Part shown: piece by piece, positions 35,701 through 45,163 of the stretch
How positions within the stretch are numbered: position 1 is the stretch's first letter
Layout: each line of letters begins with the position of its first letter
Source of the DNA: a virus
IMG/VR virus record: IMGVR_UViG_3300023174_000096
Coordinates: 1-64,000 of that record
Reading direction: 5' to 3' (one strand)
Length of the DNA: 64,000 nucleotides
The notes under the pieces: generated by a model
Told to the model about the DNA's origin: nothing
The model's database searches: none
The model's input: the letters and a program-made list of their open reading frames with translations, nothing else
Translations under genes and position numbers: made by a program

Positions 35701-38700
35701 CCGTGGGGTGGACGGGCGCGACGGTGACCGTCAACGGCAACCCGGTGTTCCCCGGCGTGTTCGTGGACTCGGTCATTCAAGGGTGTTACCTCACGGTCAA
35801 GAGCTACAGCGCCGCGAACAACTTCGTCCCGGTCCTCAACCCCGCGACCTTGGTGCGGCTCACCTCGGGCAACACGGGCACGACCCTCACGGCGGAACGC
35901 GGCGACACCCTCTTCGTGGTGCCCACCACCGGGGCCTTCACCGCCATCGCCTCGCCCCCCGCGTCGGCGCTCACCCCGACGCAACTCCAGACCTTCACGG
36001 CCAGCCTCCCGGGCTACCGGGTGGGGACCGACGTGGACCTCGACGGGCGCGCGGGCGCACTGGTGGACGCAACCCTGCCGTCGTTCAGCGACCCGACGAT
36101 CTTCGGGCTGAAAGAAATCACCGGGCAGCGACCGCCCTCGCCCCTCCGCAACCTCCAAGCGCGGGTGACCTTCCAGAACGGGGATGTCTCTCCGTCGAAC
36201 ATCCCCGCCCTGCGGGGGCTGTCCCGTCTCGACTCGGGCGACTACTCCCTGCCCTACTACCAGATCGGCCCCACGGAGCTTTCCGTGCTGGGGGACACCT
36301 TCCCGCTGGGCATCGCGGTCGTCGGCGCGGAATCCCCCAACCCGCCCGTGGGCAACCCTGCGCCCACCGGATTTGCCGACTACTCGGTCGAGGCCGTCTA
36401 CCCCGACGAGATCCTCGGCAACGGTGGCTTTGTCTCGGCCACCGACCCGACCAATCCTGCGACCCTCAAGGGGACGGTGGCGCTCAACCCCGGGTACGTC
36501 TCCCACACGGGCACGGGTGACGTGAAGCCCTACGACATCGTGTACGTCCAAGAAGGGACGGGCGGGGGATCGTTCCCTGCCGGGGCGACGGGCATCCGCA
36601 CCGTGGGCGCGGTGAACTACGCGGCGAACGTCATTGAACCGCCCCGGTTCGTGACCCGCACGTCTCCCGGTGCAGGGTCTTCGGTCCTCGTGGAGAACAT
36701 CCAAGCGTGGATTGACCCCTCGTACCTCACGGGCATGACGGTGAAGGAAGACACCAACGTCATCGCCCCCAACGTCCGCACGACCTTCACGCTCACGGGT
36801 GTCCCCACCTCGGAGATGGTGTTCGACAACGGCACGGGCGGTGGGGTGCTGCCGACACCCGTGGGCGGGTTCAACGACTACTTCACGGTGGGCAACAAGC
36901 CCAACAAGATCCGGCTGAAGCTCACCAAGAACTCGACTGGGAATCTCGTGACGGCTTCCAGCGTGGTGCTGGAACTCACCTCTCAGAACCCCAACATCAC
37001 CCTGTGCGGGTTCAGCGTATCGGGAGACAACGGCACAACCCCCCAAGGCGGCACCGCGTACTTCCTCACCCAGCAGATCGTGGTGGATACCGGGGCTCCC
37101 TTCTTCAACTTCCCTGCCTTCGGCACCCCCACCACACCCGCACCGGGGGTGACCGAGATCGGGCCGATGAACGTCGGCATCGATGCTGACTCGGGGAACT
37201 CAGTATCGGGTGGGACGGAGACCCTGTACGTCGGTGACGACCGCCTCACCCTGTACGGCCCCATCGACACCCGCACGGCACGGGCGCGAGGGGCGACCAC
37301 CCCGGGGGGCACCTCCATCGAGTGCCGCCTCACCACCCGTGGCTTTGAGGCGGGCATCTTCGACTCGACCTTGGGAATCACATCGGCCTTCTCGACGCTG
37401 AACGAGATCACAGAAGTGAACGGCGGCACGGCCCTCACCTTCGCCCCCCGTGCGGGTATCACCCCCTACGGGGTGGGCACGTTCACAGCCCCCGGCGTCG
37501 GCACCCTCAAGGTGATGGCCTACGAGGGGCACGGGAACACCCCGATCAACGGGACGGACGTGACCTACAGCGCCGCCCCCTCGTCTCGCCAAGACGAGAG
37601 CGGCCCGATCCTGCTGACGGACGCCCTCTCCGACCGTGTGGACAACCCCCCGTATACGTCACTGGTCAACTTCGCGCCGCGCATCGTGGACAGGTTCGTG
37701 GTGGACACCGCAGCGGTGACGCGCGGGCTGATGTCCCGGGTCCTCCCGGGGGATATCGTCACCGCCAAGAACTCCAGCCTTTCCTACCCGCTGCCAAGGG
37801 CCAATACCAAGGCGGGCACGCACCTCGTCCGCGCCGTGCTGGTCCCTACACTGGGGTTCACCTACGAGACCCGCGAGACCTTCACCACCCCGGACACCAA
37901 CGGTGCCTACGGTGACGGCTGGATGCCCTTCACCTTTCCCACGGTGACGGGGTTCAACCTCGGGACGCTCACCCTCGCCGTGTCGGACATCGCCCAGCTA
38001 CCTGCGATCAGCGGGTGGCTCGATGCCCCGGTGACCCAGACACACGTCTTCCCGGCCACGGGGAGGGTGTATGTGATCGCGAACGAATCGGGGCTGAACA
38101 GCACCGTTACGGCGGTGTTTCAAGACTCCGTGGTGAGCGCCGACTACACCAGCTTCGACCCTTCGACCAAGAAGTTCTCGGGGCTGGCGAACTTCCAAGA
38201 CGCGCTGGGGGCGATCCTCACCGCCGCGCAGTTCAACAACATTGTCGCGGCGGGCATGAAGGTCTCTGGCTTCACCCTCCTCCCGATGGCCCCCCACAGC
38301 GACGCCATCCCCGCGAACCTTCCGGGGTATACCAGCGTCGCCGCCCCCATCTCAGTGTTTGGCATCCGTCAACTGCGCGTGTCCCGCGACGTGAGCGGTG
38401 TTACCTACACATGGAACGCCGACGTTTCGGGTGACCTGACGGGACCGGGCTCGACCGTATCCGTGTACCAGCGGTTGAAGGTGAGTAGCGCGTCGTTCGT
38501 GACCTCCCTCGACCTCGCCGTGTACGACGAAGTGCCCGGTGGGATCGAGATCGACCTCACCACCCCGCAGTGGGAGAGCCTCCACAAGCCCGTGGGCGCA
38601 CCCTTCGTGCCCACGGGCACGCAGTGCATCCTCCCGGGTGACCGCTGGGCGATTGACTACTCGGGCGCAGCGGGCATCTACGTCGAGCCGTCCTTCCCAC

Positions 38701-40397
38701 GGGACACCAACGACATGGCCTCGGGCGATGTCAACGTGGTGGACGCCGGGAACTCTCTCGCCGCGGGTCAGGTGGGCACGCGACGGCTGGCCGACTACTT
38801 CCCGGCCCCCGCCCCCGGTGACTACCAGATCGAAGCCACGGAGATCGAAGTGCGCCGCCCCCGGCGCTTCCACGCCCTCGGCAACGACTTCGGCGCAGCC
38901 CTTCAGTCCCTTCGCTACTGCTACGAGATCCGTCGCGGCATCGTCGCCACGGTCATCTCTTCGGGCGGGTACAGCATCCTCACCGCTCTCCCTGTCAACG
39001 GAGACGTGCCCCCGACCGTAACAGGCGGAACGTCAGCAACCCAACTGGGCGACTTCACCAGCAAGCTCGTGAACGTGAACCCCGGCGACGAGGTGCGGTT
39101 CATCAACGCTTCGGGGGTGATCACCGCACGGGCAGAGGTGGTGAAGGTCACGGGCGCGCTCACCCTCACTCTGTCCCGCAAGGTGACGGTGAACCCCGGG
39201 GACCGCTTTGAGGTGTACCTGAAGGTTCCGCCCGTCCCCCACGAGCAGTCCAACGAAGAACTTCTCGGGTACGCGACGGACCGGGTGGTCGTCAACCGCC
39301 CGGTGAACTACACGCCACCAACGCAGACGGGCGGGAGGGTCACCACCACCAACATCCTCACCGACGCAGGGGTGAACTTCACCGACTTTGGCGTCAAGAA
39401 AGATGACATCCTGCTGGTCGATCCCGCTGGCCGTCTGGAAGGCACGACCGGACCCGCCTCGCCCGTCCAATTCGGTCGCCGCCCCTACGGAGACAACAGC
39501 GTCCCGGCGCGTGGGGCACCCGCGTACACAGCGGGCAGTCCCGTGGTGGCCGACGACAACCGGGGCTACTTCAAAGTCACGGATGTCACCACGACGACGC
39601 TCACCGTCCAAGCCATCGGCAACCTCGCGGGCAACGTCGGAGGCGACGTGGTGTTCGGCCCAGCGGGCAGCGAGTACGCCATCTATCCCACCATCCACGG
39701 CTCCCTCGGTTCCGGCGGGGCCAACGAGGGGCAGATGGACCTCCGCGTCACCGCCCCGGCGAACGGGTCCAACAAGTTCACCGGGTACGCCAGCATCGAG
39801 CCTTTCGCGTACCGGGTGATCCGCCCTACCACCCTGCTCTCCCCGGAGACCGTCGAGCTCATCCTCGCCATGCGAGAGAGAATGCTGTCTTGGGCGGAAG
39901 AGATCCGCACGGTGCGGTTCAAGTACGGGACGTACTTCATTTTCCAGCGGGATCGTCACATCACCGACCTTGGGACGACCACCGACCCTGAGAGCGGGCT
40001 GGGGCTGCTCACCAACCCGTACCTCTTCGGGATCGTCGGCAACTGGGCGGTGTCCCCGTTCGCCAACGTGCGGGACTGTCTCTCCATCCTCGACCGTCGC
40101 TTCTGGTGTCTGGACTTCCGTCTGGACACGCTCACCCCGCCCTATGGCATTTCTGCCACGGACTACGCCAACTTCGCCAACGGCGTCGGGCGTCCCGTGC
40201 TGGTGGACCGGGTGAATGAAGCCCTCGACGGGCGCGACAAGCTGCGGCGCACCCGGTACTCGTGGCTGGACCTCCGGGTGAACCGGGTGACCGGGACGCT
40301 GGAGAGCATCCGACGTTTCGACGCCGAGCTCCCCAAGCGCAGGGCGGAAGCCGAGCAAGCTCTCGCGGCTGTAGAGTCCGTGGAGAAGCTGCCGTGA
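29781..40397 (+). CDS. Giant (3538 aa) putative virion structural protein (tail/baseplate)
   Basis: Uninterrupted ORF, T/G/V/P-rich beta-type composition, repeated LTD..VDFT..V..GD.L modules. Confidence 0.75.
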   Translation: MGNFDGQVLPGARASTSNADTTGEVSSGVSRAVFTSTTPTYPTATATDINGARYRATLSESGQTVEYLLWANTSGPLTVAPGTVSTDGTVAIPTGTLTVGAYKDGTSRLVVTDNGGANIVSVTALEFKQGGTTLFVTAPGGFTFDSTSGTISLNTLVASASRGDAFRATYIVGPATFNWTRNDPSATRFGWNAAHRKWEPYKGGAVKDLGKLLSSAGSRYTLSPIPTTPVDDYLPGTNTVGEYAMLRLGSSPDEASYPVVTGVSYSGVKVVTDDVATPSYNFNSVSPALAGVMGNNSGKIVWNPAFVADHEGETLWYSPRDFSAKNDGVVGPLVDGSWYTAPVPGPLDRPVLRVGQRAPLTVVTVNNETDLAALTVPLGSAGVALSTGRVKLDPNTPLKANPASLLFDPAYLNASLRYDGIALNRYPQSVQAPVSLTPSGNDYLIPAAVGLPGTGISGLLRVPDGTGNTPDPALPVTYRPGASGLVNALTPGFGDAYLYTDAGRIAKLVPVNLDADLPTDLFSLPLDTAYVSLDTGRVRVGYALAQTLVGKTVYFVQAVVTPAQYPDTARVFSRVRDTFTFAGTETFTFSVDGVTFTFSPAAGTDIPAATVATALNAIMGAGGFAGVLSGYLYIAAPNASGAVAVGFNETGCRVMGFPPGWRVSNPSAGTKDATDPNWLADTGLSLGVSRSPNNLDGSQPATDVRATYRVTDVSLSESLSSVPYQLLDYPPREDIAGYDDGEFFALSGVASPNTVRLSTTVKPWKDAVYQFDQSRFAWLSNFSFAGQVQSPVSAIDLGNAGVVPSTFYPAMDGYLKVSAKGGAAQSLTLGTDFLVPEGSGTALLIDRVGPEVLNGYRGSVTGSTLTDTSVDFTTIAQVGDRLKVTSGGSTGSYTVASSTPTTLTVVNPFPVASTGNVSWELYRGVNYTDPTKIDPSILADAVFTEFNHLGGETFKVRLYTSLGTAGGTLDTVDLPTATSGRVLTVRFGTTGTTTSQLTVLTSTELGALANGSLFVPTTNPRFATDKFSVVVGTKVFVNGVDLLPVASFSPTIPANQIEYLTTTGELGFGATVEADYQSATVVYRQEVLNPANISQGTGEISPFTGAVGLSATDIAANTGSTVYLVDLQTYEEVFLNPILGSFTLQRPVKAGQLVEVTYTRAKPDSGLPYPNATTPEVVTEFLPVFIRRETATRVNQQVYSFNAGGRTVDTDVEPSVLVNANLVSYGVPKGVNFNFSDNTFTLVKSVLDPATRVLITYAVYEATGGETSYTVSKGPVWRPPFQLRANTTSFDLKGNRTSELTSGRILRLGNYLTYIQSAAYNGTTKTKVEIYPAPTRDVGSLAPSDPPVNLVTDRAITPLVNGVVTVAANGLLPKLTDAYGLASVPKFQPVTKGQNVVRFEGDLTKYAVTGHVIELFGIPFLVAKSDFVEGAFTDITLGSPSPVQMVWTSTLPTSTVRISVRPIYPVGATTFIGAGSLVGTEPYEVVLCEGTAPGVTLTEGRDYQIDQTAGTLTLLEPRQTGMPTGASLRFYRTVQDTLAPFVFQGVVQYPRVAASAGFIDPPSEANGRLGATLTATYTFDSPDSFYARSLPLPSYITETARSIVQGVTRKAAGTNPSVGGFPKNSPSTQGTAGLVSERQDLVSRDRVTRTFLRYYNGIITSFEQVLETINGNPVGDRDGKLRLWMGMGDKWTPPGYEDGITGAVNPRNVWNEVWNGFRTSPIALLPSDPIVSPYGASLTGGALTGTALSASALGQLQGLQYRAIKNDVDDVVLNGLTGTTVALSGIIRFKVTSYGVYRGLSQPSAFSRLFPERADAFTTTDPGIGYNPTTGSVGVYSYGKLDLDLFGSPPSISFQSTTGNSIARLANPVRGNITSVLGATVQDRLARARILAYYPNGVSGVPGASGRPVFVATVLPLDKFPLLPNGQPDTAKLVAGAGISGLYDLTSGDPDLHTPPFNPGDQLALGTPDGTGYSVGWTGATVTVNGNPVFPGVFVDSVIQGCYLTVKSYSAANNFVPVLNPATLVRLTSGNTGTTLTAERGDTLFVVPTTGAFTAIASPPASALTPTQLQTFTASLPGYRVGTDVDLDGRAGALVDATLPSFSDPTIFGLKEITGQRPPSPLRNLQARVTFQNGDVSPSNIPALRGLSRLDSGDYSLPYYQIGPTELSVLGDTFPLGIAVVGAESPNPPVGNPAPTGFADYSVEAVYPDEILGNGGFVSATDPTNPATLKGTVALNPGYVSHTGTGDVKPYDIVYVQEGTGGGSFPAGATGIRTVGAVNYAANVIEPPRFVTRTSPGAGSSVLVENIQAWIDPSYLTGMTVKEDTNVIAPNVRTTFTLTGVPTSEMVFDNGTGGGVLPTPVGGFNDYFTVGNKPNKIRLKLTKNSTGNLVTASSVVLELTSQNPNITLCGFSVSGDNGTTPQGGTAYFLTQQIVVDTGAPFFNFPAFGTPTTPAPGVTEIGPMNVGIDADSGNSVSGGTETLYVGDDRLTLYGPIDTRTARARGATTPGGTSIECRLTTRGFEAGIFDSTLGITSAFSTLNEITEVNGGTALTFAPRAGITPYGVGTFTAPGVGTLKVMAYEGHGNTPINGTDVTYSAAPSSRQDESGPILLTDALSDRVDNPPYTSLVNFAPRIVDRFVVDTAAVTRGLMSRVLPGDIVTAKNSSLSYPLPRANTKAGTHLVRAVLVPTLGFTYETRETFTTPDTNGAYGDGWMPFTFPTVTGFNLGTLTLAVSDIAQLPAISGWLDAPVTQTHVFPATGRVYVIANESGLNSTVTAVFQDSVVSADYTSFDPSTKKFSGLANFQDALGAILTAAQFNNIVAAGMKVSGFTLLPMAPHSDAIPANLPGYTSVAAPISVFGIRQLRVSRDVSGVTYTWNADVSGDLTGPGSTVSVYQRLKVSSASFVTSLDLAVYDEVPGGIEIDLTTPQWESLHKPVGAPFVPTGTQCILPGDRWAIDYSGAAGIYVEPSFPRDTNDMASGDVNVVDAGNSLAAGQVGTRRLADYFPAPAPGDYQIEATEIEVRRPRRFHALGNDFGAALQSLRYCYEIRRGIVATVISSGGYSILTALPVNGDVPPTVTGGTSATQLGDFTSKLVNVNPGDEVRFINASGVITARAEVVKVTGALTLTLSRKVTVNPGDRFEVYLKVPPVPHEQSNEELLGYATDRVVVNRPVNYTPPTQTGGRVTTTNILTDAGVNFTDFGVKKDDILLVDPAGRLEGTTGPASPVQFGRRPYGDNSVPARGAPAYTAGSPVVADDNRGYFKVTDVTTTTLTVQAIGNLAGNVGGDVVFGPAGSEYAIYPTIHGSLGSGGANEGQMDLRVTAPANGSNKFTGYASIEPFAYRVIRPTTLLSPETVELILAMRERMLSWAEEIRTVRFKYGTYFIFQRDRHITDLGTTTDPESGLGLLTNPYLFGIVGNWAVSPFANVRDCLSILDRRFWCLDFRLDTLTPPYGISATDYANFANGVGRPVLVDRVNEALDGRDKLRRTRYSWLDLRVNRVTGTLESIRRFDAELPKRRAEAEQALAAVESVEKLP

Positions 40398-40636
40398 TCG
40401 ACCCCAAAGTGCTGGAACAATTGAGAGCCATCGGGATTGATGTCCCCCCCGAGGGCGGGGCCGTATGGCTCAACCTCAAGCCCGTGGACCCCAACACGCT
40501 CCCCCATGTGCGCGAGCAACGTGCTGCGCTGGAGAAGATTCGTGACCACCTCCGTGCCGAGCTCGATGACACCCTCGCGAAGATCGACGCCGCCCATGAA
40601 CAGCTAGAGCGCGCCAAGAACGGTGGTGGGGTGTGA
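40394..40636 (+). CDS. Small coiled-coil protein
   Basis: GTGA-coupled to giant gene. Confidence 0.65.
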   Translation: MIDPKVLEQLRAIGIDVPPEGGAVWLNLKPVDPNTLPHVREQRAALEKIRDHLRAELDDTLAKIDAAHEQLERAKNGGGV

Positions 40637-40833
40637 GCTTCCCGGACAGGTACTTTTCGTTCCTGCTATCGGGGCGCGTCGAGGACTTCCAACTCGCCAC
40701 CGAGGCGTTCCAAGCAGCCATCACGTCAGGTGTGAGTCTCGACACCCTCCAAGGGCACATGGACGAGTCCCACACGTCGGCTGAGATGCTCTGTCTGCTC
40801 CTTGATAACGGCTCTGTAGGCGAGCCAGAGTAG
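40633..40833 (+). CDS. Small hypothetical protein
   Basis: GTGA coupling. Confidence 0.5.
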   Translation: MSFPDRYFSFLLSGRVEDFQLATEAFQAAITSGVSLDTLQGHMDESHTSAEMLCLLLDNGSVGEPE

Positions 40834-40837
40834 CCCA

Positions 40838-43399
40838 ATGGCCGAAGAGAACACCGTCGCTACATGGGGTGGGCTGGAGTTTCAGCTTGTCTCTGAGGAA
40901 GTCGTCGCGGTCGTTGACGCTCTCAAGGGCGTGCTGGAGCTCATCAACGCGACCCTCGACATTGGGTTGCAGATCGCGCAGATCGCCAAGACCTTCGTCA
41001 CCAGCAATCTCAATCTGGCCCGCGCAGCGGTCAACGAGCTCTTGGCCCTGTTGCGGGGCATCGCCCAAGACCTCCTCAACGTGGGCCTGTACGCGAACCT
41101 CGACGATCTCCGACTTCTTCGGGCGAACAAGGCCAACATCAAGGGCGGGTACGACGGCTGGGAGCGCCGGATGCTCACGCGGCTCAATGACCGCAACGAC
41201 CCCAACCGCCCCAACTTTTCCGAGAGCACCACCGTCATCGCGATGTTCGTCTACGTCGGGGTGCCCGACTACGAGCTCTTCTTCAAAAACCAGATCTTTG
41301 ACCGCAAGGTCTTCGACAAGCTCGCCCAAGCCATTGAGGCCATTGCCTCGCTCTTCGGGTACACCCCGAGCGGGGCGAGCCCGTCCCTGCCCATCGCGGC
41401 GAACCTCCGTGCGGAGTACACGTCACCGCAGTCGAGCGACCCCGCCCTCGTGCTCGCAGCCCTCAAGGGGGATTCCAAGATCAAGGTGGTCTGGAACAGC
41501 GCCCCCGCGCCCGGGGGCTCCGACCAAGACCCGAGCCCACAGCCCCCGTCGTCGGGCTACATTGTCGAAGTGTCCTGCTACGCCAAGGGGTTCCAAACGG
41601 GCTGGATCGCCCCCGCCACGGCGGGCACCGGGAGCACCGTCCCCGGCGCGGCTGACAACGCCCAAGCCTACACCACGGGGCAGTACCTCAAAGGCTCGAC
41701 GGGCCAGAGCCTCACGATCTTCGGCGGCGAGGACACCATCGAGATCCTCCCCGAGGTGGCTTGGCCAGATGGCTACACCCCCGGGAGTGGCACCCTCCCG
41801 GCGGGTAACACCCCGCTCTATTTCTACCTCGACCCCTCCGCGCCCGAGCCCATCATCAAAGCCTTCGGCAAGAGCGCGGATGGCAGGACGTACTACAACC
41901 AACGGGCGTTCTTCGTCCCCGAGCGGTCTGTGTTCACGCAGATGGTGGCCGGGGCGAACTACTCGTTTGAGCTCAAGAAAGAGGAGCTCCCCAAGTTCTG
42001 CCCCATCGTCAACGGGCGCATGGACACGGCGCTCGCCCAAGACCCGCAGACCGTGTACGTCCGGGTCACCCCTGTCACAGGGCGCATCACCGAGACCAAC
42101 TACACCCAAGCCCGGTGGACCCCGCGTGCCCGTCACGACGACAACGCCGTGCTGGTGAACATCGTCTGCACGTCGGGCAACGCTGAACCTCCCATCGGGA
42201 ACCCGGACTTCGGCATCCCGAGCGAGGTGCTGGAGGTGGCGATCCCCACCGTGAATCAGAACCTCTACTCCAAGGCCGTCCAGACGGCCATCGCCGTGCT
42301 GGTGCTGTCGCGGAGCGATCTCATGGCTCCCGACCCCATCACTGAGAACGCACCCCCAGACCCGGCGACCCAAGACCGCACCTACCGCCCGACAGGGCTG
42401 GAAAGCGCCGCCACCGAGGTGTTCCGCTGGATGAACATCCAGAACCCATCGGACTATTTCTCGCGGCGCAACATCTCCCCCACGTCGTTCACCGACGACA
42501 TCTACACCCGCATCGTGGAACAGGCCGACAGGTACATCCGCACGCAGGGGGCTCTCCCCCCGTCCGTGCTGAACGCGATGTCCACGACCCTCCACGACCT
42601 CGTGAATTGGAAGTGGTCCGACGCCCCCGACGCGCGAAACAACCAAGCTCTCCGGTACACGATTCTGGAGTCCCTCACGGTGCCCACGGAGTCCGGGCTC
42701 ACGCCCGTGACCCCGCTGGCGATGAACCGCTACGACACCAAGCAGTACTACTCGGCCACGACCCCCGCCGACGTGTTGAACCAACTCAACGAGAAATGGA
42801 GTGAGTCAGGCTTCGGCATCCGATATCACAGGGCGTCCGTAGACGCTGCCCCGGTGGTCGGCCCGTCACTGGAGGCCAGCCCGCAGTACTGGTACGCGCG
42901 GCAACTGATCCCCGAGAGCATCTACCAGAAGGCGCGGATGGTGCTGGGCATCACGTCCAATCAGTCCGCGAGGCGCGTGGGCTCGTGGGTGGCCACCAAG
43001 CCCTTTACCGTGCGAGCGCCCACGGGACGGCTCCTCAGCATCCTCAACAAAGTGGAGGGGGCCAGTAACCTGATCCTGTCGGGCGCGCAGACCGGGGCGG
43101 ATGCCGTCCTGCGATTCATCTCGTTCCTTGAGCAGCGGGTGCGGGAGATCCAAGAGACGATCAAGCGCCTCGATGCCCTGCTCGACCTGCCGTTTCAGGT
43201 GCCCGTGCCCGAGGCGAAAGCACTGTTGCTGATCACCAATGGGTCATCAGGCATCGTGACCGGGCTCCTCCAAGCCGAGGGCAAGCCCCAAGATGGACCC
43301 GGTGCCTACGCTGGCGGGATCGTGCTGGTGGCGGGCGGGAGCGTCCCAAGAGTTCTCATCGAGCTCCTCTCAGCGGGCATCCGTTCCGCAGGGGATTGA
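40838..43399 (+). CDS. Putative virion structural protein (853 aa)
   Basis: Helical N/C termini, beta-rich centre; structural-operon context. Confidence 0.65.
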   Translation: MAEENTVATWGGLEFQLVSEEVVAVVDALKGVLELINATLDIGLQIAQIAKTFVTSNLNLARAAVNELLALLRGIAQDLLNVGLYANLDDLRLLRANKANIKGGYDGWERRMLTRLNDRNDPNRPNFSESTTVIAMFVYVGVPDYELFFKNQIFDRKVFDKLAQAIEAIASLFGYTPSGASPSLPIAANLRAEYTSPQSSDPALVLAALKGDSKIKVVWNSAPAPGGSDQDPSPQPPSSGYIVEVSCYAKGFQTGWIAPATAGTGSTVPGAADNAQAYTTGQYLKGSTGQSLTIFGGEDTIEILPEVAWPDGYTPGSGTLPAGNTPLYFYLDPSAPEPIIKAFGKSADGRTYYNQRAFFVPERSVFTQMVAGANYSFELKKEELPKFCPIVNGRMDTALAQDPQTVYVRVTPVTGRITETNYTQARWTPRARHDDNAVLVNIVCTSGNAEPPIGNPDFGIPSEVLEVAIPTVNQNLYSKAVQTAIAVLVLSRSDLMAPDPITENAPPDPATQDRTYRPTGLESAATEVFRWMNIQNPSDYFSRRNISPTSFTDDIYTRIVEQADRYIRTQGALPPSVLNAMSTTLHDLVNWKWSDAPDARNNQALRYTILESLTVPTESGLTPVTPLAMNRYDTKQYYSATTPADVLNQLNEKWSESGFGIRYHRASVDAAPVVGPSLEASPQYWYARQLIPESIYQKARMVLGITSNQSARRVGSWVATKPFTVRAPTGRLLSILNKVEGASNLILSGAQTGADAVLRFISFLEQRVREIQETIKRLDALLDLPFQVPVPEAKALLLITNGSSGIVTGLLQAEGKPQDGPGAYAGGIVLVAGGSVPRVLIELLSAGIRSAGD

Positions 43400-44085
43400 T
43401 ACTTGGCCGCGATGCGGTCGAAGAGCTCTGGCAGGGCAAAGAACCGCCTCTTCGTGCTTGGGTCAGACGGTGGGAGCAGCCCCTCCAGAGTGACCCACGC
43501 TCGCAGGGTGTTCTCGCGCACGCCGATTCTCTTCGCGGCTTCCTTGGTGGTCTCTTTTCCCACCCTCTCGTCCGCGATGTGCCTCTCCCAAGCCACGGCA
43601 GCTTCGCGGGCGTCGTCAATGTCCACATACCGGACCCCGTCCCGCTTCCCGGCGTAGCTGAACCGCCGCACCTGCACGCTGGCGAACTTCAAGATCCGCA
43701 GGGTCTTGTAGTAGTCGTAGCCCCACGACGGGTCGTCCGAGAGGGACTTCACTGACACCATCCCTTGAGGGGGTCCCGCGCGCAGCCCCAACGTGTGCGC
43801 CCGCTCGTAGATGGCAGGGCGAGTCCTGTTGGGGAGGGCTTGGCGCATCAACCGCATGGATTGGTCGTTCCACCCGTCGAGGAGGACTTGATCTTCTTCG
43901 GGCGTCCACAGGGCCGGATCAGTCCACCCGTTGAGGTTCAACTTCTTGTAGACCGCCGCCTTGGTCCGGTGTGGGAACCGCTTGAAGATGGCCTTCCAGT
44001 TGAAGCTGCGGTTCCGCACCCTCTTGGCCGTCAAGCGTTGGAGGTCAGCTAGGTCTTCGGGGGTCCAAGGTGTCGGTCGCGGCAT
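43306..44085 (-). CDS. Myb/SANT-like repeat DNA-binding protein
   Basis: PWTPEDL..FPHRTKAAV; LWTPEEDQVL..LPNRTRPAIYERA; C-terminal HTH. Confidence 0.7.
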   Translation of the reverse strand: MPRPTPWTPEDLADLQRLTAKRVRNRSFNWKAIFKRFPHRTKAAVYKKLNLNGWTDPALWTPEEDQVLLDGWNDQSMRLMRQALPNRTRPAIYERAHTLGLRAGPPQGMVSVKSLSDDPSWGYDYYKTLRILKFASVQVRRFSYAGKRDGVRYVDIDDAREAAVAWERHIADERVGKETTKEAAKRIGVRENTLRAWVTLEGLLPPSDPSTKRRFFALPELFDRIAAKYQSPAERMPAERSSMRTLGTLPPATSTIPPA

Positions 44086-44122
44086 GGTGCAGGAGATTAC
44101 GCACGGAGAGCGTAAGTGAGGC

Positions 44123-44308
44123 ATGACCGACGCCAACGACGAGAACGTCATCCGAGCGATGACGGCCTATCTGGAAGATAGCCTGTCCCAAGAGAAGCTC
44201 CTGCGAGAGCTCCTCGCGAAAGCTGGTTACAACGACCCGGACGCCTCCGTGGAGGAGTGTGTGGCGAGGCTGGTGCAGGATCACCTCCGACTGAGGGTGC
44301 CGTGCTGA
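44123..44308 (+). CDS. Small hypothetical protein
   Basis: GAGCGTAA 7 nt upstream. Confidence 0.55.
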   Translation: MTDANDENVIRAMTAYLEDSLSQEKLLRELLAKAGYNDPDASVEECVARLVQDHLRLRVPC

Positions 44309-44670
44309 TCCTCGACCACACCGACCTCGCCAAGCACCTTGACTGCGAGGCCACGGAGAGAGGCATCGTAGCCGTGCTGTACCAGAACACCGAGTGCGGG
44401 ATCATCTTCGACCTCGTCCCCGGTGGTGTGAAGGTCACCGGGTACTGCGAGGGTGTGGATGAGGCGTGTGAGCCCCGCACCCTCCAGTACCCCTTCGACA
44501 GCGCCACGTTCGACAGCATCGTGGACGATGCTGACCGGGACGGGGTCGAGCTCTGGAACCAGACCCACGGATGCCCGGACTGCTACCCGGATCGAGACAT
44601 CTACGACGACGGCCCCATGTTGGTAGACCCCGAGTGCGCCACCTGTGGTGGCGAGGGGACGGTTCTGTAG
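44302..44670 (+). CDS. Acidic Cys-containing hypothetical protein
   Basis: CPDC..CATCGGEG. Confidence 0.6.
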   Translation: MLILDHTDLAKHLDCEATERGIVAVLYQNTECGIIFDLVPGGVKVTGYCEGVDEACEPRTLQYPFDSATFDSIVDDADRDGVELWNQTHGCPDCYPDRDIYDDGPMLVDPECATCGGEGTVL

Positions 44671-44782
44671 GTACAGTAGTGTCGGTGCGTCGAAGCGACG
44701 CGGCGAACGGCGAACCCCCCCTCGCCAAAGTTCGCCGTGTCACTTCGGCGCATCGGCGTTTCAACCCCACGAAGCGCGAGCC

Positions 44783-45163
44783 ATGACTGACGCACCTCAA
44801 TGTCGCCTCTGCCGTGATGGCACCTACGCCACGATGTCCCTCAAGATGTTCTCCGACGAGGACTGCGAGTGGACGCACTACTGTGACCCGTGCGGCGAGG
44901 CGATGGCCTCCGTGATCCGCGACGGGCAGAAACGCGAGCCCGAGCGACAGGTCTTGGCCCCACCCCCCGAGGGGAAGGCACCGGAGGCGACCGTGAAGGC
45001 CCGGGCCAAGAAGAAGGCACCGGAGGCCGCTGCGAAAGCTCCTGCCAAGGCTGCACAACCTACGGCCAAGGCCCCAGAGGCACCCACACCGCCCGCCCGG
45101 AAAACGGCCCCCGCCAAGAACACGGGCGGCTACGACCTCCTCGCCCTGCTGGGGATGAAGTGA
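44783..45163 (+). CDS. Zn-finger + Ala/Lys/Pro-rich tail protein
   Basis: CRLC..CDPC; histone-like tail. Confidence 0.6.
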   Translation: MTDAPQCRLCRDGTYATMSLKMFSDEDCEWTHYCDPCGEAMASVIRDGQKREPERQVLAPPPEGKAPEATVKARAKKKAPEAAAKAPAKAAQPTAKAPEAPTPPARKTAPAKNTGGYDLLALLGMK

